A stretch of DNA of 64,000 bases, from positions 3,607 through 67,606 of the forward strand of contig CAZGVK010000071.1 in NCBI GenBank assembly GCA_964529095.1, in the 5' to 3' direction. Below, one piece after another: positions 21,873 to 32,158 of this stretch (within the stretch, counting starts at the first letter, position 1; every line of letters begins with the position of its first letter). The stretch is from an uncultured Elusimicrobia bacterium. Lineage in GTDB: Bacteria > Elusimicrobiota > Elusimicrobia > UBA1565 > UBA9628. Position numbers and translations under genes: made by a program. A model generated the notes under the pieces. That model did not search any database. It was not told where the DNA came from and was given only the letters and a program-made list of their open reading frames with translations.

Positions 21873-24458
21873 ATGATGAAGAACTCGCGCGGCGTCACAA
21901 TCACAGAGCTCATGGTTGCCACTGCGGTATTGTCGATCGCAGTCCTTGGCCTCATGAGCGCCTTCGGAGGCATCCAAAAAGCCCTGATCGGATCCAAGTC
22001 CGTGACTTTGGCCGCCAACATCGCCCAAGAGCAGATGCAGATTCTAAAACAGAAGGTCTATTACCAGATACTCGTTACGGTCAACCCTGTCTACGACACA
22101 AACTTCACGCCCAATGTCGAGTATGACGCCGTCTACTTCACGCCGGCCGCGGTCCTTGAAGGCGGCATCAACTACACGCGCTATACGATGATTGAGGTCG
22201 CCCGTGAAGACTCCGGCACGATCACGATTCTTCCTCCGAGCACCCCGGATACGGGTTTAAAGCTTGTGACGGTCAGCAGCGTCTGGCGGGTCGCCGGCCA
22301 GTGGAAGCTGCTCCAACTGCGCACTCTCGTTGCCAACCCCGACACGGTGACGGCCAACGCGATCTTCTACGGCAACGTCACTAACAGTGTGACGGCAGCG
22401 GCGATCTCCGGCGCCGTCGTCAACGTGGCTGAAAATCTAGGCTGGCGCGACACGTCGAACACGGTAGGCGCGTACTCGATGAACCTGTCCCCGGGCAGCT
22501 TCACCATCGGCGCCGTCGTGCCCGGCTTCTTTCCGATGCATCGTTCCGTCTCGATTGCGGCCAACGCGTCGCAACAGCAGAATTTTCCTCTCGTGCCCAT
22601 GAGCTCGGGGAGTGCCACGGGCTCGCCGTTATGGGTCGCGCCAAACGCGGTGATCAGCCAGATCGTCGTCTCGACGGCCCAGGCCGACCAGAACAACTTC
22701 GAGGCCCAGTTCGTCGAGCTGTACAACCCGACAGCCTCAACGATCACTGTCGGCGGCGGGACCACGCCGAATGAACTCAAGCTGAAGATCAACAGCAGTT
22801 GCAACAGCGCGAACTTTGTTACCTGTTCGGGAACGACCTACGGGATCAAGCTCAACTATGTCAATACGACGATAGTGCCCTATGGCTATTACCTGATCGC
22901 CAACACCAGCACTTTTACCGTCAATGGGGTTACCAAGACCGCCGACGCCGTCTATGCCGATGACGCAACCAGTTTCTGCACAGCCCCGCCGCTGGCGGCT
23001 TACTGGAACCTGTCCGCCAATCCGCCGCGGAAACAAATAGCGCCGACAGGGCACGGAGCGAGTTTTTTTATCACGAATTCGTCCGACGTCGTCCTTGACG
23101 CCATCGGCTGGGGGCACACAGGCGACGGTGCCACGACCAACGCTTACTGCGAGACGAGCTGTCTGAATCTCGATGGCGCCTCCGCCGGCGACCAGTATGT
23201 ACGCAATGTCAGCACCTTCTCGAATTCTTCCGATCTCAACGTCTACGGCCGCGCGTACGACTCTGACGCCAACCGCGTGGATATCACGACAAGCGCGGGA
23301 GTGGTTCAAGCCGTCTATAGCCGGTCGGACTCAACGCGGACTTTAATCAGCGGCCGCCCGGCAATCAACGCCATCGTCTCGGCCACTGACGGCCTCTCGC
23401 TCTCCACTCGGGCCTATGCCGTGGGTTCCCCGCCGTACGCGCGCTTTGCCTTGACCCAGATCGCGACCGGAACCTGGACGATGCTGATCTCAAGCGGGAC
23501 CTGGATGATCCAGCACGACACGGTGACAATCGCCGTGTCGGGTTCGGTGTTCACTTTGCCCTCAACGATGACTTACCTGAATATCCTCAATACCAGCGGC
23601 TTCATCGAGGGTGCTGTCACCAATGCGCTGGGCGCGGCGATCTCGCCTGCGATCCCCGTGGACCCCGGCGCCACGGGAGCGGTCGTCAACGCGAACACAA
23701 CGAACGGACGCTATCTGTTGCGCGTGATCCCCGGGACGATCGACGTGATCGCGAATTCCGGCGTGGGCTCATCCGCCAACTACATCTCCGTCTCGTCCTT
23801 GAGCGTGGTGGTGGCAGTCGGTGAGATCCACTCGGGGGTGAACTTCAACCTGTCCCAGGGCGGCCGCCTGTCCGGCTTCGTTACGCGCGACGGCATAAAC
23901 CCGCTTCCCGGAGTCGCCGTCTCCGCCATCGATATCAACGGCTACGCGCGCGACACGCAGGTATCAGGAAGCGACGGACGCTTCACCACAATTAACATCT
24001 CGACCGGTTTCTACGTCGTCGAACCTCAGCTTGATGAAATCTCAAGCGCCTCGCCGAGCACCGCCGCCGTCACTGTGACAGTCGGCGGCAACGTCTTCGC
24101 CGCCACCTTCACCGTGACGGGCGCTCTCGGCGCCATCATCGGCAATGTGAGCCTCGGCGGCGCGCCGCTGCGCACCGGGGCCTTGATCGTCGTCACGACC
24201 GCGACTCTTGCCGGTTCGCCTCCCGCTCCGCCGGCGCTCAGCTCAGCGAGCTTGATCGGCTCACCGTATTACAGCGCCTCAAGCCACGAGGATGGAACCT
24301 ACCGTGTCGAGGTTCGCCAAAGCACGACCACGGCTTACCGCGTCTACGCGTACTACATCACCTACGGTGGCGCGGTGCCGACGATCAACTCTCTGACCAC
24401 CACTGGAGTCGGCGTGCTGGCGGGTCAGACAATTTCGGGGATCAACTTCGCATGGTGA
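21873..24458 (+). CDS. Large prepilin-type (type IV pilin-like) protein with Thr/Ser/Gly/Val-rich extracellular region
   Basis: N-terminal class III signal RGVTITELMVATAVLSIAVLGL (prepilin cleavage/methylation motif) followed by about 830 aa of beta-rich, low-charge repeats. The start is placed at MMKNSRG. Confidence 0.7.
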   Translation: MMKNSRGVTITELMVATAVLSIAVLGLMSAFGGIQKALIGSKSVTLAANIAQEQMQILKQKVYYQILVTVNPVYDTNFTPNVEYDAVYFTPAAVLEGGINYTRYTMIEVAREDSGTITILPPSTPDTGLKLVTVSSVWRVAGQWKLLQLRTLVANPDTVTANAIFYGNVTNSVTAAAISGAVVNVAENLGWRDTSNTVGAYSMNLSPGSFTIGAVVPGFFPMHRSVSIAANASQQQNFPLVPMSSGSATGSPLWVAPNAVISQIVVSTAQADQNNFEAQFVELYNPTASTITVGGGTTPNELKLKINSSCNSANFVTCSGTTYGIKLNYVNTTIVPYGYYLIANTSTFTVNGVTKTADAVYADDATSFCTAPPLAAYWNLSANPPRKQIAPTGHGASFFITNSSDVVLDAIGWGHTGDGATTNAYCETSCLNLDGASAGDQYVRNVSTFSNSSDLNVYGRAYDSDANRVDITTSAGVVQAVYSRSDSTRTLISGRPAINAIVSATDGLSLSTRAYAVGSPPYARFALTQIATGTWTMLISSGTWMIQHDTVTIAVSGSVFTLPSTMTYLNILNTSGFIEGAVTNALGAAISPAIPVDPGATGAVVNANTTNGRYLLRVIPGTIDVIANSGVGSSANYISVSSLSVVVAVGEIHSGVNFNLSQGGRLSGFVTRDGINPLPGVAVSAIDINGYARDTQVSGSDGRFTTINISTGFYVVEPQLDEISSASPSTAAVTVTVGGNVFAATFTVTGALGAIIGNVSLGGAPLRTGALIVVTTATLAGSPPAPPALSSASLIGSPYYSASSHEDGTYRVEVRQSTTTAYRVYAYYITYGGAVPTINSLTTTGVGVLAGQTISGINFAW

Positions 24459-24955
24459 ACTGCGCCTCCAATCGCACCGGTTACTCGCTCATTGAGCTGA
24501 TGCTCGTCGTCGCCATCATCGGCATTCTCATGTCCGTGGGTAGCCAAGTGATGCTTCAGATCAATCGCTACTTCATCGTAACAAACACGCGCACGGAGCT
24601 TCAGGGCGAGGCGCGCGCGGCGATGTATATGATCAGCCGCAACCTGCGCCAAGCCTCGAGCAACTCGATTACAATCGACCGCGCCGCAAGCCAGCCTTTC
24701 TATTCGCGCCTGACCTTCACCAAGATCACCGGCAGCAAAATGATCTTTTCCCAAAGCGGCGTCAATCTTGTGCAGACCGTGGGGACGAAGACGCGAACCT
24801 TGTCGAAAAACATCAAGTACCTGGCCTTCACCCTCCCGCGCTCCGACGATCTTAGCGTCGTTTCCGTGTCGCTGACGCTTGAGAAAGCGATTTATGAGGG
24901 CAAGGTCAAGGCGCTGCATGTGGCCTCAGAAAAAGTCCGCGTCATGAACGACTGA
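24452..24955 (+). CDS. Prepilin-type N-terminal cleavage/methylation domain protein (minor pilin/pseudopilin)
   Basis: GYSLIELMLVVAIIGILMSVG prepilin motif. 167 aa. It overlaps the upstream gene by 7 nt. Confidence 0.75.
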   Translation: MVNCASNRTGYSLIELMLVVAIIGILMSVGSQVMLQINRYFIVTNTRTELQGEARAAMYMISRNLRQASSNSITIDRAASQPFYSRLTFTKITGSKMIFSQSGVNLVQTVGTKTRTLSKNIKYLAFTLPRSDDLSVVSVSLTLEKAIYEGKVKALHVASEKVRVMND

Positions 24956-24956
24956 T

Positions 24957-26273
24957 ATGGAGAACCTTATGCGCCACCTCGCCCCGCCGTCCGGACACCG
25001 CGGCCAAATTCTGGTCGGCGTCATGGTGATCGTCGTGATTCTTCTGATCACAGCGCCGGCGATGGTCGCCTGGATCCAGCAGGATGTCAGGCTTTCGGTC
25101 AAGGACAGAAAAACGACGACCGCGTTCAACCTCGCCGAGGCGGGCATCGACCGCGCCTACTGGAAGCTCAAGAGTTCGACCTCCACCTGGGCCGCCGCTC
25201 GGGCCGGCGTCGTCATCGCGGGCTATAATTTTGACCAGAACTATACCGACATCAGCGGCGGAGTTTATCGCATCAGCATCACCTCCGGACCGGCCGCGGA
25301 CCAGGTCCAGGTGATCGGAGAAGGACGCGACCTGTTGGCGAAGGAGAAGCGCTCAATTCAAGTCCAGTATTCGAACTCCGCCGTCCCGGGCGCTTTGATC
25401 TCCGGCGCCGGCATCAGTTCGAGCGGCGACTCCGTTATCCACTGGGGGCCGATGCTCGCCATGAACAACATCACTTTAAGCGGCAATTCGGCCCTGCGTT
25501 TCTTTCCACGCAAGCTCTCCAAGCAAGCGGTCATCGGCACCGTGGCAAACCCCCGCGACACCAACGGCGTGACCCCGCCGAATACCGACAACAAGGAGTG
25601 GTGGTCGTCCTATGACGTGCCGGAACTGCCGATCTTCGACTTCGCCGCTTTGCGTTCCTCGGCCGCCGCCACAGGAACGCTCAACTGCAACGGCAACGCA
25701 GCCGTGCTCGGTGCCACCATCCCCTGCGGCTCGGCTTGCGTAAACTGCTCAGTCACAAATCTCTACAATGATTCACGCAAGCTCGCCGACGATGTCTGGT
25801 ACTGGGACAACAACGCCTCCTGGAGCGGGAAAAATGGCGTCAAGGGGACGGTCATAGTTCGTGGAAATCTCAATGTCACCGGCGTGGACCTTTACAATCC
25901 TCCTCCCGTCATCGTTTCTGCCAACGCCTGGAAGGAGTACCAAAAGTTCGACACGGGCGCGATCAACCAGTATCCTGGCGATCTCGGCATCAGCACAAGC
26001 GCTGCGAGCTATGACATCGGTGCCTGCGGCTCCACCTGCGAGGGTTCATTCTCTGGATCCGACGTCGGCGTGTACGGCTTTCTGTATGTCGGCGGCACGA
26101 TCAACATGGCCGGCGACTCCGATGTGTATGGCGCCGTCTGGGTGCAGTCCGGCTGGGCGGGGGCCGGCAACGTCATGATCTTTTACAACGATAAGCTCGT
26201 CCTGCCTCAGTTGAACGTCACGCTCACGCGCGATTCCTGGAAGGAACGAACCCCGATCTCCGGGAGCTGGTGA
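24957..26273 (+). CDS. PilX-N-like pilus assembly / minor pilin-associated protein
   Basis: N-terminal RGQILVGVMVIVVILLITAPAMVAW hydrophobic segment after a short basic stretch (PilX_N-like), then a large beta-rich domain. It starts 2 nt after the preceding gene. Confidence 0.5.
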   Translation: MENLMRHLAPPSGHRGQILVGVMVIVVILLITAPAMVAWIQQDVRLSVKDRKTTTAFNLAEAGIDRAYWKLKSSTSTWAAARAGVVIAGYNFDQNYTDISGGVYRISITSGPAADQVQVIGEGRDLLAKEKRSIQVQYSNSAVPGALISGAGISSSGDSVIHWGPMLAMNNITLSGNSALRFFPRKLSKQAVIGTVANPRDTNGVTPPNTDNKEWWSSYDVPELPIFDFAALRSSAAATGTLNCNGNAAVLGATIPCGSACVNCSVTNLYNDSRKLADDVWYWDNNASWSGKNGVKGTVIVRGNLNVTGVDLYNPPPVIVSANAWKEYQKFDTGAINQYPGDLGISTSAASYDIGACGSTCEGSFSGSDVGVYGFLYVGGTINMAGDSDVYGAVWVQSGWAGAGNVMIFYNDKLVLPQLNVTLTRDSWKERTPISGSW

Positions 26274-26294
26274 TCTAGAAAGGGGCGCCCCTAC

Positions 26295-26753
26295 ATGAAT
26301 TGTCCCCTGTGTTCGAAGACGGCAGAGGACAGCGCTGTGGAATGCCCGTCGTGCGGCGTCCTCTTCGCCAAATTGCGCGAACGGAAAGATCGCGAGAGAA
26401 CCAAGGCCGCGACTTCACCCCCCCTTTTTTCGACGTCTTCCTCCGCGCTATATTACTGGCGCTGGCACATTGCCGCCGTTGCCGTGGTTGTCGCGTGGCT
26501 ATTGGGATTCGGCCTGTACTATCATGCGCGTGCGGGGAAAACACCGCGCCCGAAAAAACCGCTCACGAATATATCTCTTTCAACCGCAAAACTGCGTAAT
26601 CCCGCGACCGGCAAGCTGGAAAACATTGAAATATATCAAAGTCCCGCTTACTCTCGCCCTCAGCCCCCGCCGATGCTTCTAAAGGAACCCGTGCGCCCGA
26701 ACGATGCTCCAGCCGACGATCCTGAATTCGACAATCCCGAATCCGACGAGTAA
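26295..26753 (+). CDS. Zinc-ribbon membrane protein, hypothetical
   Basis: N-terminal CPLC...CPSC zinc ribbon, one TM helix (IAAVAVVVAWLLGFGLYY), and a Pro-rich acidic C-terminus. Confidence 0.45.
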   Translation: MNCPLCSKTAEDSAVECPSCGVLFAKLRERKDRERTKAATSPPLFSTSSSALYYWRWHIAAVAVVVAWLLGFGLYYHARAGKTPRPKKPLTNISLSTAKLRNPATGKLENIEIYQSPAYSRPQPPPMLLKEPVRPNDAPADDPEFDNPESDE

Positions 26754-26788
26754 CCGGTCTCACCTGCCGGATTTGTTAGAATGGCCGC

Positions 26789-27403
26789 ATGCCGCGCCCA
26801 GGCCTTTTAATTGTTATTGAGGGCCCCGACAAATCCGGGAAGTCCACCCAGGCGCTCATGCTCGCCGACGCGCTCAAAGCTGCGGGCCGCAAAGTCCTGC
26901 ACACGCGCGAGCCCGGAGGTGCCGCTGTCGCCGAAGGAGTGCGTAAAATCCTCCTTGATCCGGCGCTGACCATCGTCCCGCTTGCAGAGCTGTTCCTTTA
27001 TGAGGCGTCCAGAGCGCAGCATACGCAGGAAACAATCATTCCCGCTCTCAAAGCGGGAATGATTGTCCTGTCGGAACGCTTCACCATGTCAACGGATGCT
27101 TATCAAGGCCTCGCCCGCGGGCTTGGCCTGCAAACAACGACGATTTTAAATCGAATCGCCACGGGCGGCCTCAAACCCGACCTCACGATCATTCTCGACA
27201 TTCCGGTTTTCGAGTTCGCCAATCGGGATCAATTCAGAAAACTCGATCGCCTTGAAAAAGAGTCGGTTGAATTTCGCCAAAAAGTCCGTGACGGTTATCG
27301 TCGCCTGGCCAAAAAAGATTCCAAAGCCGTCATCTTAAACGGAAAGCTTTCGACGGATGTCCTGCGGAAAAAAATTCTCGCCCTTGTCGCGAAAAAATTA
27401 TAA
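26789..27403 (+). CDS. tmk: Thymidylate kinase
   Basis: P-loop [18 protein letters not shown]-like region, LID motif. 204 aa. Confidence 0.9.
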   Translation: MPRPGLLIVIEGPDKSGKSTQALMLADALKAAGRKVLHTREPGGAAVAEGVRKILLDPALTIVPLAELFLYEASRAQHTQETIIPALKAGMIVLSERFTMSTDAYQGLARGLGLQTTTILNRIATGGLKPDLTIILDIPVFEFANRDQFRKLDRLEKESVEFRQKVRDGYRRLAKKDSKAVILNGKLSTDVLRKKILALVAKKL

Positions 27404-28335
27404 TGCGGCTCGACAAGGTTCTAGGCCAGCGTCGCGCCCTGAAAACCCTTGAGGCTTTTCTCGCGTCTGAATGCATGCCCTCTGCGATGCTGTTCATCGG
27501 GCCCGAGGGCGTGGGCAAGCGGCTGGCCGCCGTCGAGTTTTCCAAGGCTCTGCTTTGCTGTGACCGGCCTTTCACGGGAGAAGCCTCCTGCGGGGCTTGC
27601 TCCGGCTGCCGGGCCGTGGACGGAGGCATTTGCCCCGACGTGGTCATCGTTGACGAGAATTACCAAGCTTCGCTGGAGAACGAAGATCCCGGAAAGCAGA
27701 AAATCTGGAAAGTGGACACTCTCCGGCATCTGCTCAAGGACCTGAGCCTCAAGTCCCTGCATGGCGGCTGGAAAATCGCGATCATACCGGATGCCCAGCG
27801 CCTCAACAAAGAAGCAGCCAATGCAATGCTGAAAATATTAGAAGAGCCCCAGCCGGAAACGCTCTGGATATTGGGCGCCACCCAGCGTTCGCTGGTGCCG
27901 CGCACGATTTCTTCCCGGTGCTTCACCATTCCATTCGGGTCCCTGCCCGAGGCTGTTGTTGAAAAAATACTGGCGGGCCGCGGCTTATCCCCCGCCTTGG
28001 CCAAGCGCCTCGCGGGACTGTCCGACGGCTCTGCCGGGCGCGCGCTTGAGCTCGGCGAGGATGACGGCCTTTCGTGGGGCGCTGGGCCGCTGTCCGCCGT
28101 TGCCGCCGCCGACGGCCTGCCTAAGGATCTCGCTGAGGCGCGGGTGAAGGTGGAACGCGCGTTATATGCGCTCAGTCAAGAATTGCGCCTTCGGCATCTT
28201 AAAGGAGGCTGCTCTTTTATGTCGATCGAAGGTCCATTGCGCGAGTTCTTGCGCCTGCGCGCATCCTTGCGCGCCAATGCCGATCCCAAATTAATACTGA
28301 CGCTCGCAGCGCTGGAATCTGAAACAGCCCGGTGA
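27403..28335 (+). CDS. holB: DNA polymerase III delta-prime subunit
   Basis: AAA+ clamp-loader fold [22 protein letters not shown], a Cys-rich zinc module (CGACSGC), and the box motif ILEEP. It is directly coupled to tmk, as in many bacteria. Confidence 0.85.
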   Translation: MRLDKVLGQRRALKTLEAFLASECMPSAMLFIGPEGVGKRLAAVEFSKALLCCDRPFTGEASCGACSGCRAVDGGICPDVVIVDENYQASLENEDPGKQKIWKVDTLRHLLKDLSLKSLHGGWKIAIIPDAQRLNKEAANAMLKILEEPQPETLWILGATQRSLVPRTISSRCFTIPFGSLPEAVVEKILAGRGLSPALAKRLAGLSDGSAGRALELGEDDGLSWGAGPLSAVAAADGLPKDLAEARVKVERALYALSQELRLRHLKGGCSFMSIEGPLREFLRLRASLRANADPKLILTLAALESETAR

Positions 28336-28417
28336 CGCCGGCGTTGTTCCTGCAATGCAGTCAGGCGGCTTCATTTCACTGAGCGCTACCGGGTTTTGGT
28401 TGCTGTGATCGGTAAAG

Positions 28418-28873
28418 TCAACTGGATCGATATATTTCCCTTATTACTAGCGCTATGAGACCCACAGCTATCCATGGCGACAGCGACAGACCGTATGTTA
28501 GGAGGCCATATCCGCCATACACGCCAGCAACAGCTCCCGCGACAGTCCAAATCGCAAGGAGGGGGTTGGAATTCCAGAGGGCTACATTCTCCACTTTAAT
28601 CGGCCCCGGAACTTCCACCTTGCTCCCGCCTGGCTGATTCAAAGAGGCTGTCAGAGTCGATTCATTGCCGCTTGCCGCAGCACCCTTTAAAAAAGCAAGC
28701 GTATCCCTCGGTGCCTGGGATACAAAGGAACCGGAATCCGCTTTGTTTCCGTCAAACGGCTTGCTAGCTACAGACGCCGCCTCTGCCAGGTCTTCAGCAT
28801 GCCCTGAAACGGGGACAACAGCAAGCCCGGCCAGGAATGCCGGCATGTACCACTTCATTTTGAGATGAGTCAT
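28418..28873 (-). CDS. Hypothetical secreted/membrane protein
   Basis: N-terminal signal peptide and two C-terminal hydrophobic helices. No recognisable domain. Confidence 0.35.
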   Translation of the reverse strand: MTHLKMKWYMPAFLAGLAVVPVSGHAEDLAEAASVASKPFDGNKADSGSFVSQAPRDTLAFLKGAAASGNESTLTASLNQPGGSKVEVPGPIKVENVALWNSNPLLAIWTVAGAVAGVYGGYGLLTYGLSLSPWIAVGLIALVIREIYRSS

Positions 28874-29201
28874 TTGTTTTCTCCTTGCGTCATTTTTTCT
28901 TCGGGGTCAGCGCCGTCAACGCCGCTACGCCGGAAAATGATATTAAGCACCATGCGTCATTGTAGCGCGGCGCGAAGTATTTCGCATGAGTCAAAGGGGA
29001 ACAATCATCCCAGTCTTTGGACCCATGCCGCATGGAGCGATTGGCCTACCTGCGTATCGACCACGGATTTGATACGCGCTCAATTTTAATAGTAAATTGA
29101 GCGCATAAAGTTTATGCCGCGCTTCCTGAAAAATAGGATGAGCGATCTCCTGCCAAGAGAAAAAGTCCCCTTTTGTTGGTACCGTGCCAAACGATAATAA
29201 A

Positions 29202-30710
29202 ATGAAACGACGCTACATTACGACCCCCATCTATTACATCAACGCAGCGCCCCACATCGGCCATGCGTATACGACCATCGCCGCCGACGTTCTCGCCCGC
29301 CACACGCGCGGCAGAGGAGGCTCGGCGCACCTGCTGACCGGCACCGATGAGCATGGACAGAAGATTATGGACGCGGCCCGGGTTGCCGACCAGCATGTGC
29401 TCGACTTCTGCGACCAGACCTCGGCCAAGTTCCGCGATCTCTGGAAGCATCTCGACGTGCACGTCGACGACTATATCCGCACCACGGAAAAACGCCACGA
29501 GGCCAAGGTTCAGGAATTTTTCGCTCTTCTGCTGAAAAACGGCGATATTTACAAAGGCCGCTACGAGGGGCTCTACGACGTGGTCAGCGAATCTTTTATA
29601 AAGGAAATTGACGCGCTGAAGGGTCCCGGCGGCGTCCTGCTCGGCCCCGATTCCGGGAAGCCCTTGCAAAAGCTCTCCGAGGAGACATACTTCTTCAAGC
29701 TCTCCGAGTACGGCCCGAAACTCCTCGCGCACTACGGCGCGAACCCTGATTTCCTGGCACCGAAATTTCGCGCCGCGGAATTGCACCGCTTCGTATCGGA
29801 CGGGCTTGAAGATATTTCCGTCTCGCGCACCAAAGTCAACTGGGGCATCCCCGTCCCCGGCGATCCCAAGCACACGATCTATGTATGGTTTGACGCGCTG
29901 ATCAATTACTGGTCGGCCGCAGCCGAAAGCGACCTGTGGCCTGCCGACATCCACATCGTCGGCAAAGAAATTTTTCGTTTCCACGGCGTGATCTGGCCCG
30001 CGATGCTGATGGCCGCCGGCCTGCCCTTGCCGAAGAAAGTATTCGCCCACGGCTGGTGGACGGTCGAGGGGCAGAAGATGTCTAAGTCGCTCGGCAATTT
30101 CATCTCCCCTTACGACATCACGGCCGAGTACGGCGTGGATGCCTTGCGCTACTTCCTCCTGCGCGAGATGCCCTTCGGCAATGACGGCGACTTCTCCAAA
30201 GAATCCCTGACCAAGCGCTACAATGCCGAGCTCGCTAACGACCTTGGCAACCTCGTCTCGCGCGTGTCCGAGATGGTGGATAAATTCCTTGGCGGTCGGC
30301 TTCCCACGAAGCCGCCGCTCGGCGTCGACTTCTACACGACCGCAGTGGCCCAGCGCACGCCCGAGATCTCAGCCAAGATGGAGGCGCTTGACTTCAGCGG
30401 CGCGCTCGACGTGATCTGGGCGGTGATCCGAAGCTTGAATGCGCGCGTGAATGAGAAATCACCATGGAAGCTGGCCAAGGAGGATATGAAGCAGTGCGAG
30501 CTCGTCCTTTTCGATCTGGTCTGGTCCTTGCGCCTAGTCAGCGGCTGGCTCGACCCATTTATGCCCGCCACTGCCGCCAAAATACACATGCAGCTCGGCG
30601 TGCGCCTTTTTCCCGACGCGTTGACGGCCGAGGATGTGCTCGCGGGAAAAACCGATCGTCCGGGACTCATCCAGAAAGGCCCCGTTCTGTTTCCGCGGAA
30701 AATCTCTTGA
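29202..30710 (+). CDS. metG: Methionyl-tRNA synthetase (short form lacking C-terminal tRNA-binding domain)
   Basis: HIGH-region PIYYINAAPHIGHAYT and KMSKSLGN. The start is placed at MKRRYITTP. The track ORF begins 6 codons earlier, at 29184. Confidence 0.9.
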   Translation: MKRRYITTPIYYINAAPHIGHAYTTIAADVLARHTRGRGGSAHLLTGTDEHGQKIMDAARVADQHVLDFCDQTSAKFRDLWKHLDVHVDDYIRTTEKRHEAKVQEFFALLLKNGDIYKGRYEGLYDVVSESFIKEIDALKGPGGVLLGPDSGKPLQKLSEETYFFKLSEYGPKLLAHYGANPDFLAPKFRAAELHRFVSDGLEDISVSRTKVNWGIPVPGDPKHTIYVWFDALINYWSAAAESDLWPADIHIVGKEIFRFHGVIWPAMLMAAGLPLPKKVFAHGWWTVEGQKMSKSLGNFISPYDITAEYGVDALRYFLLREMPFGNDGDFSKESLTKRYNAELANDLGNLVSRVSEMVDKFLGGRLPTKPPLGVDFYTTAVAQRTPEISAKMEALDFSGALDVIWAVIRSLNARVNEKSPWKLAKEDMKQCELVLFDLVWSLRLVSGWLDPFMPATAAKIHMQLGVRLFPDALTAEDVLAGKTDRPGLIQKGPVLFPRKIS

Positions 30711-30714
30711 AGCG

Positions 30715-31506
30715 TTAGGCCCCGGCCTGAGGCGGCGCCCAACCGACCAAGCGCCCGGCCGCGCGCGCAAGCCACGACACTGGGCCAATCAGAACGTAAA
30801 ATAAAAAGACGAGAAACAGCACCATTAACGGGTAGTGAAAGATCAGCAGCCCGAGGCTGAGAAGAATCAGCATGGTCGCAATCGACCTCGGACGGATCAC
30901 GCCGGGTTGTTTGAACGAGGGATAGGGGATCGTTGAGACCATCAAGAGAGCGATGATGACGATCATCGCGGGCGCAAGACCGTACAAAACAGGGATCTGG
31001 TCCATGAGAAATTTCCAGGTGCCGGCCGGGCGTCCTTCTTCGATGACCTGATACAAAAGAATGAAGCTCGACAGGAAGCCGGCGCCCGCCGGAATCGCAA
31101 GTCCGGTGAAGTGGGTCTTTGAGCCCGTGCCTCCGTGCGTCATCGCGTTAAAGCGCGCTAGGCGCAAGCCGCCGCACAACACATACAAGAAAGCGATCGG
31201 ATAGCCCCATGCCCCATAATCCTTTAAAATAAATGCGTACAGCATGTGCGCCGGTGCCACGCCGAAGGTCAGAAAGTCCGCCATCGAGTCAAACTCGACG
31301 CCGAAGGAGGATTCACCTTGCACAAGGCGCGCCACTTCCCCGTCGAGCGCGTCAAAGACCATGCCCGCGATGATCGCCGTCGCCGAAGACACAAACTCAC
31401 CGCGCACGGATGAGATCAGAGCGAAGAAGCCGCACGCCATATTGCCGAGCGTAAACAGCGACGGAGCGAGAACCTGCCCGCCGCGCTTCAGGGCTTGTTT
31501 GTCCAT
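30715..31506 (-). CDS. pssA: CDP-alcohol phosphatidyltransferase, phosphatidylserine synthase-type
   Basis: DALDGEVAR...G...D CDP-OH transferase motif, multi-TM, and coupling to an upstream psd-like gene. Confidence 0.75.
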   Translation of the reverse strand: MDKQALKRGGQVLAPSLFTLGNMACGFFALISSVRGEFVSSATAIIAGMVFDALDGEVARLVQGESSFGVEFDSMADFLTFGVAPAHMLYAFILKDYGAWGYPIAFLYVLCGGLRLARFNAMTHGGTGSKTHFTGLAIPAGAGFLSSFILLYQVIEEGRPAGTWKFLMDQIPVLYGLAPAMIVIIALLMVSTIPYPSFKQPGVIRPRSIATMLILLSLGLLIFHYPLMVLFLVFLFYVLIGPVSWLARAAGRLVGWAPPQAGA

Positions 31507-32120
31507 TCTCCGATGGGCGTCAAGCCGCCTTCAACACGGTCGCCGATCTTGACCGTGCAAAGCGAGCCGGCCGGAAAGCGCACGGCTGCCTGCGAACCGA
31601 AATAGATGATGCCGTACTTAGCACCTGCGGCGACCGCGTCGCCGGGCTTGAGCCAGCACTCAATGCGTCGCGCGATGAGGCCGGCGATCTGCTCAACGAC
31701 AAGCAGACCCTGCCCCGGCGGCTCGAGTGTCAGCACCACGCGCGAATTTCCGCGGGCCGAGTCTTTCATGGCGGCCATAAAGGTCCCGGGGACTTGCTTC
31801 ACGCTGATCACGCGCCCCGCGCACGGCGCGCGCTGGATGTGAACATCGAAAATGGAGAGAAATATTCGGCAGGTGATCGCGTCGTCTGCGCCCTCGCGAG
31901 CCACGGACAGCACAACGCCGTCGCCGGGCGAGTAGATGCGGCTGTCGGTCGGCAGGACGCGCTCAGGATCACGGAAGAAATAGGCCGTAAACGCCGCGAA
32001 ACCGAAGGCAAGCAACGCGCCGAAAATCACCGGGCTGCGGCCCTCCCCGAACCATAGGCCGAGACAGCCCGCCATGACGGACGGAACCAAGAACTGCCAC
32101 GCCTGCCTCGCTATTCTCAC
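31488..32120 (-). CDS. psd: Phosphatidylserine decarboxylase-related protein (short archaeal-type form)
   Basis: 210 aa. The C-terminal YFGSQ region resembles the PSD self-cleavage (G-S) site. It overlaps pssA by 19 nt, consistent with an operon. Confidence 0.6.
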   Translation of the reverse strand: MRIARQAWQFLVPSVMAGCLGLWFGEGRSPVIFGALLAFGFAAFTAYFFRDPERVLPTDSRIYSPGDGVVLSVAREGADDAITCRIFLSIFDVHIQRAPCAGRVISVKQVPGTFMAAMKDSARGNSRVVLTLEPPGQGLLVVEQIAGLIARRIECWLKPGDAVAAGAKYGIIYFGSQAAVRFPAGSLCTVKIGDRVEGGLTPIGEWTNKP

Positions 32121-32158
32121 GCGGTATGGTACAAAACAGCGGGAGTCTCTTCGGTCAT

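Noticed and set aside
29112-30050. 312-aa minus-strand ORF overlapping metG
   Set aside because: Antisense to MetRS HIGH/KMSKS-containing frame. No domain signal.
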